Notes under the pieces: model-generated
Told to the model about the DNA's origin: nothing
Seen by the model: the letters and a program-made list of their open reading frames with translations, nothing else
The model's database searches: none
Program-made: the position numbers and the translations under genes
Virus record (IMG/VR): IMGVR_UViG_3300033121_001571
Direction: 5' to 3' (one strand)
Origin: a virus
Taxonomy: Duplodnaviria > Caudoviricetes
Length of the DNA stretch: 64,000 bases
Shown here: positions 34,915-44,221 of the stretch, piece after piece
Position numbering within the stretch: the stretch's first letter is position 1
Layout: every line of letters starts with the position of its first letter

Positions 34915-35946
34915 ATGTTTAATCCTCGTCTTGTAGACAAAGTTTCTTACGTTGTAGCAGACAAGAAAGAAATTGAAACACACTCGTGTGAGTGTTATTC
35001 TACGTACGTTCACGATGCAAGTTCTAAGAACTGCAAGCATTCGGTGGAGTCGTTCACTAACAAAGTGGGTAACACTCATAACGTAATCTGTGACAACGTA
35101 CCATTTCGTGTAAGACTCTTGTGTGTAAATGCAGACAACACCGTCAGCGTCGTGAGTTCAGAAAAATCATATTTGTTAACTCTAGAGATTGACCAGTTTG
35201 TGGCAGCGGTCATCAATGATGGTGTTCAACCAGGAGGTGAGTTCAACTCTGAGTTCGTGTGGGGAATCAACTCTAACAAGATTCAATTAGTAGCAGTTGG
35301 AAGCGATCTACACAAAGATATGTGTAAGAACACAGAAGATCTCAAAAGATCGCTCACAGTAACAAAAGTCAAACCTTCTGACTTGCGTGTGGGAAACATT
35401 TACAACACAAAATCTGGTGAGCAGCGTCTGTATCTAGGAAAAGTGCTTGAAACAAGCAATCAAAAAACTTACTATGCAAGTTATCTCATTCCAAATGAAC
35501 CACGTCATCATCTTTACGATGCAAAAGGATTTCAGTTACAAGCAGAGATGAAACAGAAGTGGCCTTCTCTCTCGTTGAGAGAGAAATTTACTTGGGAAAA
35601 AACGTGTCCCGAAGGTACTAAACTTAGAGACAAATACAACAAAATTTATATTTCTTTCCATTCATCAATGAATTTTGTCTCAGACGCTAATTCAGCTGAC
35701 GTTGATCTTGCTCTTGAGATAAGAGAAAACAAAGACTTGTATTTTACATATGAAACACATAATTGTTACGATCTAGCTGAAGACATTATGCAAATTAAGA
35801 GTCGTCTTTGGTATGATTCTTCTTGTCAGTTCCATTATGGAACCAAAGAATATGAAGCATACCAGAGGGACGTCTACCTCAGAGCACTCGAAGAATACTT
35901 AAACAATAGAAAAAAGTTTAGAGACAGTTTGAAATGGTTTGTATAA
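34915..35946 (+). CDS. hypothetical protein, 343 aa, with internal SH3-like segment (LRVGNIY..LYLG)
   Basis: Long ORF. Confidence 0.8.
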   Translation: MFNPRLVDKVSYVVADKKEIETHSCECYSTYVHDASSKNCKHSVESFTNKVGNTHNVICDNVPFRVRLLCVNADNTVSVVSSEKSYLLTLEIDQFVAAVINDGVQPGGEFNSEFVWGINSNKIQLVAVGSDLHKDMCKNTEDLKRSLTVTKVKPSDLRVGNIYNTKSGEQRLYLGKVLETSNQKTYYASYLIPNEPRHHLYDAKGFQLQAEMKQKWPSLSLREKFTWEKTCPEGTKLRDKYNKIYISFHSSMNFVSDANSADVDLALEIRENKDLYFTYETHNCYDLAEDIMQIKSRLWYDSSCQFHYGTKEYEAYQRDVYLRALEEYLNNRKKFRDSLKWFV

Positions 35947-36191
35947 CCGCAAATGCTAAAGACAAACTACTTTATCTAAAAGACTGTCCCGTCGGGACTG
36001 GGTTTACCAACGACAGTTATGTTGGATTCATCATTAACTTTGACAAAACTTACCACACAACATGTCTTATAATCTCACGTATGAATGATAGTATACACTT
36101 TGAAATTTATGATGAAGGTGCTTACTTCACTAGCGGTACAAAAGTCTTTTATTCTTCAAAATCTCTGAAGTTCATTCATCAGAGAATTTAA
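35934..36191 (+). CDS. array protein (LkDiPvG subfamily)
   Basis: YLKDCPVGTGF. Confidence 0.7.
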   Translation: MVCITANAKDKLLYLKDCPVGTGFTNDSYVGFIINFDKTYHTTCLIISRMNDSIHFEIYDEGAYFTSGTKVFYSSKSLKFIHQRI

Positions 36192-36208
36192 CTAACAAGG
36201 TTTAATTT

Positions 36209-36505
36209 TTGGAAAATTGGGAAAGTAACAATAAAATCTATCTGAAAGATGTTCCACTTGGAGCAATCATAATTGCTCCTCTTTGTTATTTGGTTGTCGT
36301 TAACAAGAAGTCAGGTATGAACTCTGGTATAACATGTATTTGTTTGTGGCAATTAGACAACAAACTATCAGATAAGAGTTTAGATATTGAAACTCATGAC
36401 TATGATGCATCATTTGTGTGGAAAGACAGCGTAAAGTTCATATATCCCTCAAAATCTTCAATAGAACAACTGCAACTTGAAGTATCGCTAGATGAAAGTC
36501 GTTAA
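36209..36505 (+). CDS. array protein (LkDiPvG subfamily)
   Basis: YLKDVPLGAII. Confidence 0.7.
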   Translation: MENWESNNKIYLKDVPLGAIIIAPLCYLVVVNKKSGMNSGITCICLWQLDNKLSDKSLDIETHDYDASFVWKDSVKFIYPSKSSIEQLQLEVSLDESR

Positions 36506-36719
36506 AGTTAAGTTTATAGACATACCTGTTGGTAGCATTGTGTTCTATGATGATATTGGCAAATATAAAGCAATGATACTCATCAAAGTCACAGACAATC
36601 TTTGTGTTAAGTTTAAGTGTGACTCGATTTCAATTGAGTCATTAAGTTCTGCTGTGTTTTTTCTTTACGACAAAGATGTCATAATAATGCCAGACAAACG
36701 AATCATAACAGGTTACTGA
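36492..36719 (+). CDS. array protein (LkDiPvG subfamily)
   Basis: FIDIPVGSIV. Confidence 0.7.
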   Translation: MKVVKVKFIDIPVGSIVFYDDIGKYKAMILIKVTDNLCVKFKCDSISIESLSSAVFFLYDKDVIIMPDKRIITGY

Positions 36720-36720
36720 A

Positions 36721-37026
36721 ATGAAAAACAAAGCGATAGAAGCCAACCAGATTCTGTATTTAACAGAAATTCCAACAGGATCCTTAATCGTCGAAAGAGA
36801 AGAAATTTCTCTAGTGATTTTTCACAACAATGATTTCAGCAAATACTCGTATTGTACTAAGTTGCTCACCGTGTTTCATAAACACTATAATAAATTTGAA
36901 TTTTTGATCAAAACATACAGTTCAAACGTCTATGTGTGCGTCCCGCCAGCGATCATTTTGACCCCTCAGCCCACAGGCCGCCCTCAGAATAAACCAAAGA
37001 AAGCGGCTAATGGCAACAGTGGCTGA
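36721..37026 (+). CDS. array protein (LkDiPvG subfamily)
   Basis: YLTEIPTGSLI. Confidence 0.7.
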   Translation: MKNKAIEANQILYLTEIPTGSLIVEREEISLVIFHNNDFSKYSYCTKLLTVFHKHYNKFEFLIKTYSSNVYVCVPPAIILTPQPTGRPQNKPKKAANGNSG

Positions 37027-37060
37027 CGGTTAAAAGATATTCTGAGGGCGGCCTGTGGGC
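36969..37060. repeat. 23-bp perfect inverted repeat at the end of the array
   Basis: GCCCACAGGCCGCCCTCAGAATA / TATTCTGAGGGCGGCCTGTGGGC. Confidence 0.9.
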
Positions 37061-37084
37061 CGCCGCAGCAGCCTGGCACCTGAG

Positions 37085-37933
37085 TCAAACTCTCTGTGAG
37101 TAATCCCACCCTGCAGCTAAGAAAACTTTGCTAGCACCCGCTGACAAGAGCTCTTGTTCCACCGCACCAAGTGTCTCACCTTTGTCAACGTTATCATCTA
37201 CTACTAGAACAGATCTTCCAACAACGCTCTGATCTCCAGAAAACTTGTGCATATTGAAAAACTTCCTCCATTCGTGAGGAAGTTTTTTTGTTTCTGGTTT
37301 CGTGCCTGCACGCCGCCAATTCTGCAAGTGTTTCTCTAATCTTGATCGAGTACGAGTCACATAGTCGTTATTTTGTCCAGCACTTAGTGCTCTAGAAGAA
37401 AATTCTTTGAACCTCGGTTCATCAATCGACAGCTCACTCGCTGTCTTTTTTTGTAACAAATTTGGTGCATATTGAACATTCAAGTGACGAGCAACTTCAG
37501 ACGCTAAGTAACTTGCCATTCTAGAACCAGACTCTGGCGCTGTCACTAAGTCTACCTCGTCTTGAAACGCTGCTGCAATTTTTCTTGCAATGATCTTGAA
37601 AACTATGTCTTGTGATTTCTGATCAGTGTAAAACACTGTGTTGCTTACGTTGACAGTCAAGACTTTAAGCAAGTCAAGTATGTCTTTTGGCTTTACTTTC
37701 TTCTCTCTCAGCACTTGTAGACGTTGTAAATCAGTGGTGAGATTTGTGTCAACTAATTTGTCAACGTACCTAAATGGAACATACAAGTCTACGTTCCTTA
37801 GTTTTGACCAAGGATTTGCTCTGAGTTTTAACATCGACATCAGATCATCTGAATCAACATAGTACGAGTTTTCAGACATTGCACGGAGTTCTGTTAAGAT
37901 GATCTGACGTAACTCAGAAAGAATGATTTTCAC
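37085..37933 (-). CDS. phosphoribosyltransferase-domain protein
   Basis: PRPP loop VLVVDDNVDKGETL and APESGS; start placed at GTG of MKIILSELRQIILTEL. Confidence 0.8.
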   Translation of the reverse strand: MKIILSELRQIILTELRAMSENSYYVDSDDLMSMLKLRANPWSKLRNVDLYVPFRYVDKLVDTNLTTDLQRLQVLREKKVKPKDILDLLKVLTVNVSNTVFYTDQKSQDIVFKIIARKIAAAFQDEVDLVTAPESGSRMASYLASEVARHLNVQYAPNLLQKKTASELSIDEPRFKEFSSRALSAGQNNDYVTRTRSRLEKHLQNWRRAGTKPETKKLPHEWRKFFNMHKFSGDQSVVGRSVLVVDDNVDKGETLGAVEQELLSAGASKVFLAAGWDYSQRV

Positions 37934-37958
37934 TTGTCTAATTATCAAACAGATAACA

Positions 37959-38165
37959 GTGAAATCGTTAAACGAATTAACTGCTGGAGACTTAGTCTTT
38001 AACGATATGCTTGTGCCCGAAGAAAACACGTGGATCTTTTTATCAAAGAAGACAATTGGTGACAAGGTAAAAATCACGTGTTTAGACACAGAACGCACTC
38101 GTGTGTTTTGCTTTGTTCTTTCAATTTACGATGAAGACGTAAACATGTGGGAAGTTGCAGAATAG
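37959..38165 (+). CDS. isolated array-family protein
   Basis: LNELTAGDLVF. Confidence 0.6.
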   Translation: MKSLNELTAGDLVFNDMLVPEENTWIFLSKKTIGDKVKITCLDTERTRVFCFVLSIYDEDVNMWEVAE

Positions 38166-38205
38166 CACAGTGTAACTCTCGCACTCGTGCAGTATAATTG
38201 ATAGA

Positions 38206-38766
38206 ATGACAGAAGAAGCTTACAACGCAGACAACAACGAGATTGTTGTCGTTGACACGCCAGTGTCTCAATCAAGACCCAGCGTTGCTGGTTTACAACC
38301 CGCTGTGTATTTCAAAGATGCCAAGTGGGACCGTTTGTTTGACGTGGGAGACTCGATCGTCATTGAAAGATTTTCCACGCTGTTAAGTGGAAATATGTGG
38401 CTAGACACACAGACATTCCAAGTCATGGCAATCAATGATGAAACAGGCGATGTGAACCTGTATAACAACCAAGCGTCACAGTGGGCTATGACAAACTATG
38501 CCACTGCTCCACTGTACGGACACAACTTGTTATTTGCAACTGGATCTCTTGAGAAGAAAACCCCTGAAGAACAGACAGCAGTCTTTGACAAAATCAAAGA
38601 AACTTTACCAGAACAAGCTCAGACTCAAAATGAACAGGTGCAAGTTATCAGTGTTCCTTCACTTCCGCCAACACAAGTGAAACGTCCCAGGGGTCGACCC
38701 AAGGGTTCTAAAAACAGACCAAAAGAAGTGATCTTGCAAGAAAAACTTGCAAAAGAAAAAAAGTGA
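38206..38766 (+). CDS. protein with C-terminal AT-hook
   Basis: KRPRGRPKGSKN; promoter GTGTAA-N17-TATAAT at 38170-38198. Confidence 0.8.
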   Translation: MTEEAYNADNNEIVVVDTPVSQSRPSVAGLQPAVYFKDAKWDRLFDVGDSIVIERFSTLLSGNMWLDTQTFQVMAINDETGDVNLYNNQASQWAMTNYATAPLYGHNLLFATGSLEKKTPEEQTAVFDKIKETLPEQAQTQNEQVQVISVPSLPPTQVKRPRGRPKGSKNRPKEVILQEKLAKEKK

Positions 38767-38973
38767 CTACCTAGTTGCTTTCACTGTCGGTAGCCTTCCG
38801 AACTCTCTAACGTAAGGATCTTGTCTTACGTACGTTGTAGAGTCTTCTTCGGGAGGCACTGGACCAAAATCAAACTCTTCAGTGTCAGTCAAGTGATCAT
38901 CTAACGTATCTTCAAGTTTGTTGTCACACATTTCTCTTATCAACAACTTGAGTTTTTTCACTGTGATGATCAC
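38767..38973 (-). CDS. small acidic protein with MxITxKxLxxLIRE leader
   Basis: ATATTTA upstream. Confidence 0.7.
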   Translation of the reverse strand: MIITVKKLKLLIREMCDNKLEDTLDDHLTDTEEFDFGPVPPEEDSTTYVRQDPYVREFGRLPTVKATR

Positions 38974-39048
38974 GATGTAAATATCGATTCACCACAGCTA
39001 GGTGTACATGCCTGTGCACAGCTACAGAAAACAGTGTACTATCAGTCT

Positions 39049-39501
39049 ATGAGAAACAATTCGCTTTTCTTGGTTTTGGTTGCTTCGCTCACTTTGGGTT
39101 GCACTGGCTCTTTTGACATCTCTCCTATTCACGCAGCAGCACGTCGTGCAAAGGAGAAAGAGTCTGAGTGGTCTAAGAAAGACTCGTCAACTTCTCTTTG
39201 GCGAAGAGGATCGTCTCAAGCAGTGTTGAACTCTCTTCGGTTCAAGCTGAGTGACATCAATGTCTCAGACGTTGCTTTCGCAAAGCAATATGCAAAAGCC
39301 GTCGTCAGCACTGGCCGAGTTGTTGGAAACTACGTGCCACTCGCAAACAACTGCGCATCGTTCACTTATGATGATACTCAAGTTCTTGCTTGCGCAAGAG
39401 GTGACGAGGGATTCGTTTGGAAGTGCAACGCAGTCAACAATGACGAACGTGCAGTCGAGACTTGCAAGTCAGAGTTGCGCTCGAGTTATGAGAACTTCTA
39501 A
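39049..39501 (+). CDS. putative lipoprotein
   Basis: LTLGC lipobox; leaderless promoter 39014-39042. Confidence 0.7.
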   Translation: MRNNSLFLVLVASLTLGCTGSFDISPIHAAARRAKEKESEWSKKDSSTSLWRRGSSQAVLNSLRFKLSDINVSDVAFAKQYAKAVVSTGRVVGNYVPLANNCASFTYDDTQVLACARGDEGFVWKCNAVNNDERAVETCKSELRSSYENF

Positions 39502-39692
39502 ATCCAATCAAAGTCGCTTCGAAAAAAGCGTTTGATCTCTAGATCTACTAGGGCAAATGCATAGTAAGCAAGTGGGTAATCTATGTTTACCCACGAACTG
39601 TTTGTCTTTACAGTCTTTACAAGAACGCATATAGAGGAGTCTTTTCTGCTTCTAAACAGAGAACCCGCTTCTTTCACATAATTACATATCAA
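39498..39692 (-). CDS. hypothetical protein
   Basis: Coupled to groEL. Confidence 0.45.
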   Translation of the reverse strand: MICNYVKEAGSLFRSRKDSSICVLVKTVKTNSSWVNIDYPLAYYAFALVDLEIKRFFRSDFDWI

Positions 39693-41275
39693 TCATCTGA
39701 TGTGACAACTGCATCAATGTTAACAAAAGAGACTGCAGTTGACACTGCATTTCTAACTGCACACACAGTAACTCTCACTGGGTCAACTATTCCAGCAGAG
39801 ATTGGATCATTAACGTATTGACCAGACATCGCGTTCCACGTCTCACCAGTTGAAACAACGTTGTTCACGATGATATCAGGTGAGACGCCAGCGTTGAGTG
39901 CAATCTTTCTCAGCGGCGCTTCACACGCACTTAAAAGAGCTTCATAACCAAATTTTTGGTCTTTATCGTGAATAACTTTTGTGTTTCGAAGCTTTGCAGC
40001 AACAAGCGCAAGAACAGACCCTCCCCCAGGAACTATTCCGTCTTCTGCGGCGGCGCGGGCTGCGCACAGAGCATCTTCAATTCTGTGAAGTTTTTCTACA
40101 GCTTCTAAACTTGTCAACCCGCCAACTTTGATCGTTGCAGCTCCAGAAGTCATTCCTGCTAAGCGAGTCTTTAGAAATTCTAAAGAACTAGCGTCCAGCG
40201 TTGGATCAGATTCAATCTGATCTCTTATGTTTTGAATGTGTTCTTGTGCAGCTTGATCAAAAGTTGAAACTGTCAATAACGTTGATTTTGCGTCTACGAT
40301 CACTTTTGTCGTAGTTCCAAGATCCTTCAAAGAAACGTTCTTGACTACAAGACCAGTGTTTGCTGAAAACAACTTTGCTCCCGTTAAAGCACACAAGTCT
40401 TTAAGTAGTTCAACTCTTTTTGCTCCGTAAGCTGGAGCTCGAACAGCTACAACGGGCATGTTTATCTTTGTTCTGTTGAGGATGAGCACTTGCAGTGCTT
40501 CTTCGACTATATCATCTGCAATGATTAGAAGCGGTGTTGATGTGCTCTTTGACCTCACAACTTCTAACAAATGCACAATGTCTTCTAAAGAAGACATCTT
40601 TTTGTCAGTGATAAACACTAAACAATCGTTGAAGCTAGCGTTCATCTTTACTTGATCAGTAACAAAATACGGAGAAACATAACCACACGGAATCTTAGTT
40701 CCTTGAACTTTCTCTACGTACGTTCTCATAGACTTTGACTCTTCAACAGTGACAACGCCGTCAGCGCCCACCTGACTTAACGCATCTACAACGATAGTGC
40801 CCAGCGCTCTGTCATTGTTCGCTGAGATCGAAGCGATGTTCTCAAGTTCAGACGGCTTGTCAATTTTCTTTGACATTGCTACAACTTGTGAGATTATTTC
40901 ATCTCTTGCAACCTCTAGACCCAAACACATCTCTCTCCTAGAGACACCAGCTTCAATAAGTTTGTTGCACTCTGTCATCAGAGAGTGTGCAAGAACAGTC
41001 ACAGTTGTTGTTCCGTCGCCCGCTAACTCATTTGTCTTTACAGCTGCTGAACGCAACAGATCAGCACCAACTCGTTCAAGTTGGTTTTTGAACGAGATAG
41101 CCTTTGAGACTGTGACGCCGTCCTTAGTCAGGACGTGTTCTTTTTCGTCTTGAGACACAATAAGAACTGTTTTTCCCTTTGGTCCAAGAGTGCAACCAAC
41201 CGCTGCTGCGGCTTTATCGGCACCAGACATTATTTGAACACGTGCTTCTTTTGAAAAGACAACGTTAGTCTTCAT
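39689..41275 (-). CDS. groEL: chaperonin GroEL (phage-encoded)
   Basis: TLGPKG, TKDGVTV, AGDGTTT, ISANND, GYVSPYF, RIEDAL, GIVPGGG, GIVDP; no GGM tail. Confidence 0.95.
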   Translation of the reverse strand: MKTNVVFSKEARVQIMSGADKAAAAVGCTLGPKGKTVLIVSQDEKEHVLTKDGVTVSKAISFKNQLERVGADLLRSAAVKTNELAGDGTTTVTVLAHSLMTECNKLIEAGVSRREMCLGLEVARDEIISQVVAMSKKIDKPSELENIASISANNDRALGTIVVDALSQVGADGVVTVEESKSMRTYVEKVQGTKIPCGYVSPYFVTDQVKMNASFNDCLVFITDKKMSSLEDIVHLLEVVRSKSTSTPLLIIADDIVEEALQVLILNRTKINMPVVAVRAPAYGAKRVELLKDLCALTGAKLFSANTGLVVKNVSLKDLGTTTKVIVDAKSTLLTVSTFDQAAQEHIQNIRDQIESDPTLDASSLEFLKTRLAGMTSGAATIKVGGLTSLEAVEKLHRIEDALCAARAAAEDGIVPGGGSVLALVAAKLRNTKVIHDKDQKFGYEALLSACEAPLRKIALNAGVSPDIIVNNVVSTGETWNAMSGQYVNDPISAGIVDPVRVTVCAVRNAVSTAVSFVNIDAVVTSDD

Positions 41276-41307
41276 CAGGTAGTTATATCTCTAATTTGAG
41301 ATTAGTA

Positions 41308-41565
41308 TCACTTGCCTTTGATAGCAAAAGCATAGACAGGATTTCCTTCGTGCCATCCGATAGAAACTTCACCTTTTAAATACTTGTCTAACAAGTTAAG
41401 AACTACGCCTACTTGTTCTTTGTCTTTTAACGACTTAGAAAGTAGGCGTAGTTTTGCTTCTGTGAAGTCTGAAATATTTTCGTCTGTGTGAATCAATTTT
41501 GAGTAAATAGAGTGACCAGTTGGACAGATCTTGATGTCTCTCTTAATCCTACGAGGGTCACTCAC
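41308..41565 (-). CDS. hypothetical protein
   Basis: ORF in operon. Confidence 0.7.
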   Translation of the reverse strand: MSDPRRIKRDIKICPTGHSIYSKLIHTDENISDFTEAKLRLLSKSLKDKEQVGVVLNLLDKYLKGEVSIGWHEGNPVYAFAIKGK

Positions 41566-41621
41566 AAGTTTAAGTAACGGTGAATTTTCCCTCCTTCACA
41601 AGATTGTTCAAACGTGATAAT

Positions 41622-42014
41622 TCAACCCAAACCTTCTGGTATAACTAGCTGCTTTTTGATTTCACAGTTCACTGCTTTTCCGTCTTTGATAAAGAGACCC
41701 ATTTGTTCTGAATCCTCCCAGGTCACAATTGCTTCAATCTTTCCCGTGATACGTGGAACAATCATCTTTATCAAAACATCATCATATAAAGAACCAGATC
41801 CACACCCACGCCACAAAAAGTTTTCTAACTTGATCTCTTTTTTCGCGTCTCCTTCTGCACAAATTCGTTTAGCTTTTCGTGCTAACCCGTCTAAGAAATT
41901 TTCTTCTGGAAGCTTGTTTGTTTCTACAAGTTGATCGCACAGTAACACAATATCTCCTGCTTTCATTGTAGCATCTAACGCCAACAGCTCTATGTTAGTG
42001 ATGTTGTAACTCAC
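41622..42014 (-). CDS. hypothetical protein
   Basis: MSYNI...W.G.GSG...WED pattern of phage proteins. Confidence 0.75.
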   Translation of the reverse strand: MSYNITNIELLALDATMKAGDIVLLCDQLVETNKLPEENFLDGLARKAKRICAEGDAKKEIKLENFLWRGCGSGSLYDDVLIKMIVPRITGKIEAIVTWEDSEQMGLFIKDGKAVNCEIKKQLVIPEGLG

Positions 42015-42020
42015 AGTTCC

Positions 42021-43229
42021 TTATTCCTCTGTTTGTGAACTATTTTCTTTGTTAAATGAAACATACACGTCATTGTCAATGCTTATGCTGTCTAAGTTGT
42101 TGACTCTTCTTGATAACTCATCCATTGAGCTTATTGCGTCTTTTTTGTTTTTTACTTGTCTTCGAAGTGCATACTCTTTGATGAACGCAACAGGCCACGT
42201 TTTGACCTGTTCGTACACGTCTTCTTCAAAGAACTCTTGAAGAATAAACTTGATCACTTCTTTTCCCAACGTCTCCACTCGCACGAGCTCGTCTATACGG
42301 CCCGGGCGCAACATAGCCTTTTCAACGTTGTCAATGTTGTTTGCAGTCACAATGACTACTTTGCAAACGTTATGTAAAGATTCAAAAAACCTCATCAAAC
42401 TTTCAGTTGATGCGTGGCTTCTGTCAATGTCATCTATGATGATTGCTTCTGCGTTAACGATTTGCAAAATCTTTACAAGTTCACTGATGTGGTGTTCTGA
42501 AAAATCATCAGCATTCAACCTGACAGAGAACAGATCTAGGTTCTTGATCAAGAATTTAGCCATGTTAGACTTACCCGTACCAGGACGTCCAACTAACAAT
42601 ATTGTTCTATGAATTCCTTTTTTCAAGAAGGATCTCAAGTAAAGCAGTATCTCTTCCGCTAAAGGAGAAGAGAAGATGTCTTTAAAGACATCTTCATTAA
42701 ACACAACATTAGTGCTTGAGTTCACAGAATCATTGTTTGAAAAGTTGGGATTCTGTTCTAGGACAGAGTTTTTACAGTTTTTCCCGTGAAATAAAACTTT
42801 TCTGATAACATCAAACGATGGTTGAGTTTTCACCAAAATTCCACTGTAAAATTTTCCCAACTTGTCAGTTATCCAAACAAACTCAGTTGAATCTACTAAG
42901 GCTGTGTTTTTGATTAACGTGATGCTATCGTCAGCGCTAAACACTTCAGATTTTACGTCAGGGAGGTTGGATAACTTGTGTGCTAACAAGCTTCGCAATA
43001 CGTCTCCCTCGACTTGGTCGTATCCTTCGTCGGTAAGACGATCTAACCAGAAGTCATTTTGTGGAAACACTGCAGAAAATATGTTAATAGATTGAAGTGC
43101 AACGTTAAGCACAGTTGGATTGTTTTGAATCTCTTTCAAGCCAGACAAGACACTAGTTGCAACTAGAAACTTGTCACGTAGCGCGTTAAGAGATTTGATT
43201 TTTTGCGTAACTTTTTTAAGACTTTTCAC
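42021..43229 (-). CDS. AAA+ ATPase (classical/BCS1-like)
   Basis: GRPGTGKS, IIIDDIDR, VTAN, AMLRPGRID. Confidence 0.85.
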   Translation of the reverse strand: MKSLKKVTQKIKSLNALRDKFLVATSVLSGLKEIQNNPTVLNVALQSINIFSAVFPQNDFWLDRLTDEGYDQVEGDVLRSLLAHKLSNLPDVKSEVFSADDSITLIKNTALVDSTEFVWITDKLGKFYSGILVKTQPSFDVIRKVLFHGKNCKNSVLEQNPNFSNNDSVNSSTNVVFNEDVFKDIFSSPLAEEILLYLRSFLKKGIHRTILLVGRPGTGKSNMAKFLIKNLDLFSVRLNADDFSEHHISELVKILQIVNAEAIIIDDIDRSHASTESLMRFFESLHNVCKVVIVTANNIDNVEKAMLRPGRIDELVRVETLGKEVIKFILQEFFEEDVYEQVKTWPVAFIKEYALRRQVKNKKDAISSMDELSRRVNNLDSISIDNDVYVSFNKENSSQTEE

Positions 43230-43492
43230 TGTAGTACGCTCAAGAACTTTCTTCGCTTTTCCACAAAGTCATCATTGATCTCTTCATAGTAAAACATCTT
43301 ATATAACTCTGCGTCAAATTCTCCCAGAGTCTTGCACTTCAAGAGTCTTTCTTTCTCTGCATTAGTCAGCGTTCTATACTCTTTTTTCTCTGAAATCTTT
43401 CTGAGAATCTCAGAAACCAACACTGCAAGCAAAATTCCACCAAGAAAAAAGTGCAAAATAAACACCAAATACAACAAATTGTCTTCAGTCAT
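43226..43492 (-). CDS. small membrane protein
   Basis: N-terminal TM helix. Confidence 0.65.
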   Translation of the reverse strand: MTEDNLLYLVFILHFFLGGILLAVLVSEILRKISEKKEYRTLTNAEKERLLKCKTLGEFDAELYKMFYYEEINDDFVEKRRKFLSVLQ

Positions 43493-43528
43493 TTAGAAAT
43501 CTTCCTAACTATTTTGGGGAGTGTTAGA

Positions 43529-44221
43529 GTGTACAAAAGAATTTTCACGTTAGTTTTCCTTGTTTTGTGTTTGTTTTCGTGTGTTAACTGTTCATCAGTA
43601 AAAGTTAACTCTGCTGCAAATGCTAGAGACGCAAAAGAAAAGACAGTCGCACTAATTTACAAAGACATTTTCGGTGAATATAACATCTACTGTGCAGGTG
43701 TCTGGATCTCTGAAACAGAAATCATGACTGCAGCACACTGTGTAAATTCACAGTACGAAGACCAAAATGCTGTTGGCTTGACACTCGATGTTGTGTCAGA
43801 AGACATGATCAAAAAAGACAACATCGTCCCAGTCAAAGCAGTGATTGCTAAAGTTAACACCAGTGTAGACTTAGCACTTCTTAAAGTCGATAAGTGGGAG
43901 TTCCCTAAGAAAAGAGTTGCACCAATTGGTGAAACTTTACCGTCTGTGGGTGAAGAAGTACACATAGTGGGCCACGTAGCTGGCTTGCCATGGACGTATT
44001 CTCACGGAGTTGTATCAGCTAAGAGAGGATTGATGAGCAGGGCACCAATACAAGCTGGCACTGTTCAAATTGAAACATTTGCATACAGGGGAAATTCTGG
44101 TGGAGGCGCTTTCAACTCACAAGGTGAACTTATTGGAATCTGTTCGTTTTTCTTCAATGCGGCTCCGGGTCAGATCTTTTTTATAAGTGTTGATGATATC
44201 AGAAAATTTCTTAGTTCTTAA
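43529..44221 (+). CDS. trypsin-like serine protease with signal peptide
   Basis: TAAHC, DLALL, GNSGG catalytic triad. Confidence 0.9.
   Translation: MYKRIFTLVFLVLCLFSCVNCSSVKVNSAANARDAKEKTVALIYKDIFGEYNIYCAGVWISETEIMTAAHCVNSQYEDQNAVGLTLDVVSEDMIKKDNIVPVKAVIAKVNTSVDLALLKVDKWEFPKKRVAPIGETLPSVGEEVHIVGHVAGLPWTYSHGVVSAKRGLMSRAPIQAGTVQIETFAYRGNSGGGAFNSQGELIGICSFFFNAAPGQIFFISVDDIRKFLSS

Larger units (their letters stand above)
13583..37026 (+). other. tandem array of ~68 short genes, ~60 of one small beta-rich xxGDhh (SH3/KOW-like) superfamily
   Basis: Co-directional 70-135 aa ORFs, mostly abutting or overlapping (ATGA/GTGA/TAATG), with shared N-terminal motif and recurring C-terminal motifs. Confidence 0.85.

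Noticed and set aside
13583-37026. Short ORFs as fragments caused by stop-codon reassignment
   Set aside because: Successive ORFs change frame and each has its own N-terminal motif; long conserved genes (GroEL, ATPases, ligase) are intact in the standard code with all three stops in use
13583-37026. Integron cassette array
   Set aside because: Genes abut or overlap with no room for attC sites, and no tyrosine recombinase is in the window
13583-37026. Diversity-generating retroelement as the source of variation
   Set aside because: No reverse transcriptase and no TR/VR pair differing only at adenines was seen
37934-38098. N-terminal extension of the PRTase ORF to 38098
   Set aside because: Overlaps the divergent gene 37959-38165; the ATAATTA motif and leader peptide place the start at 37933
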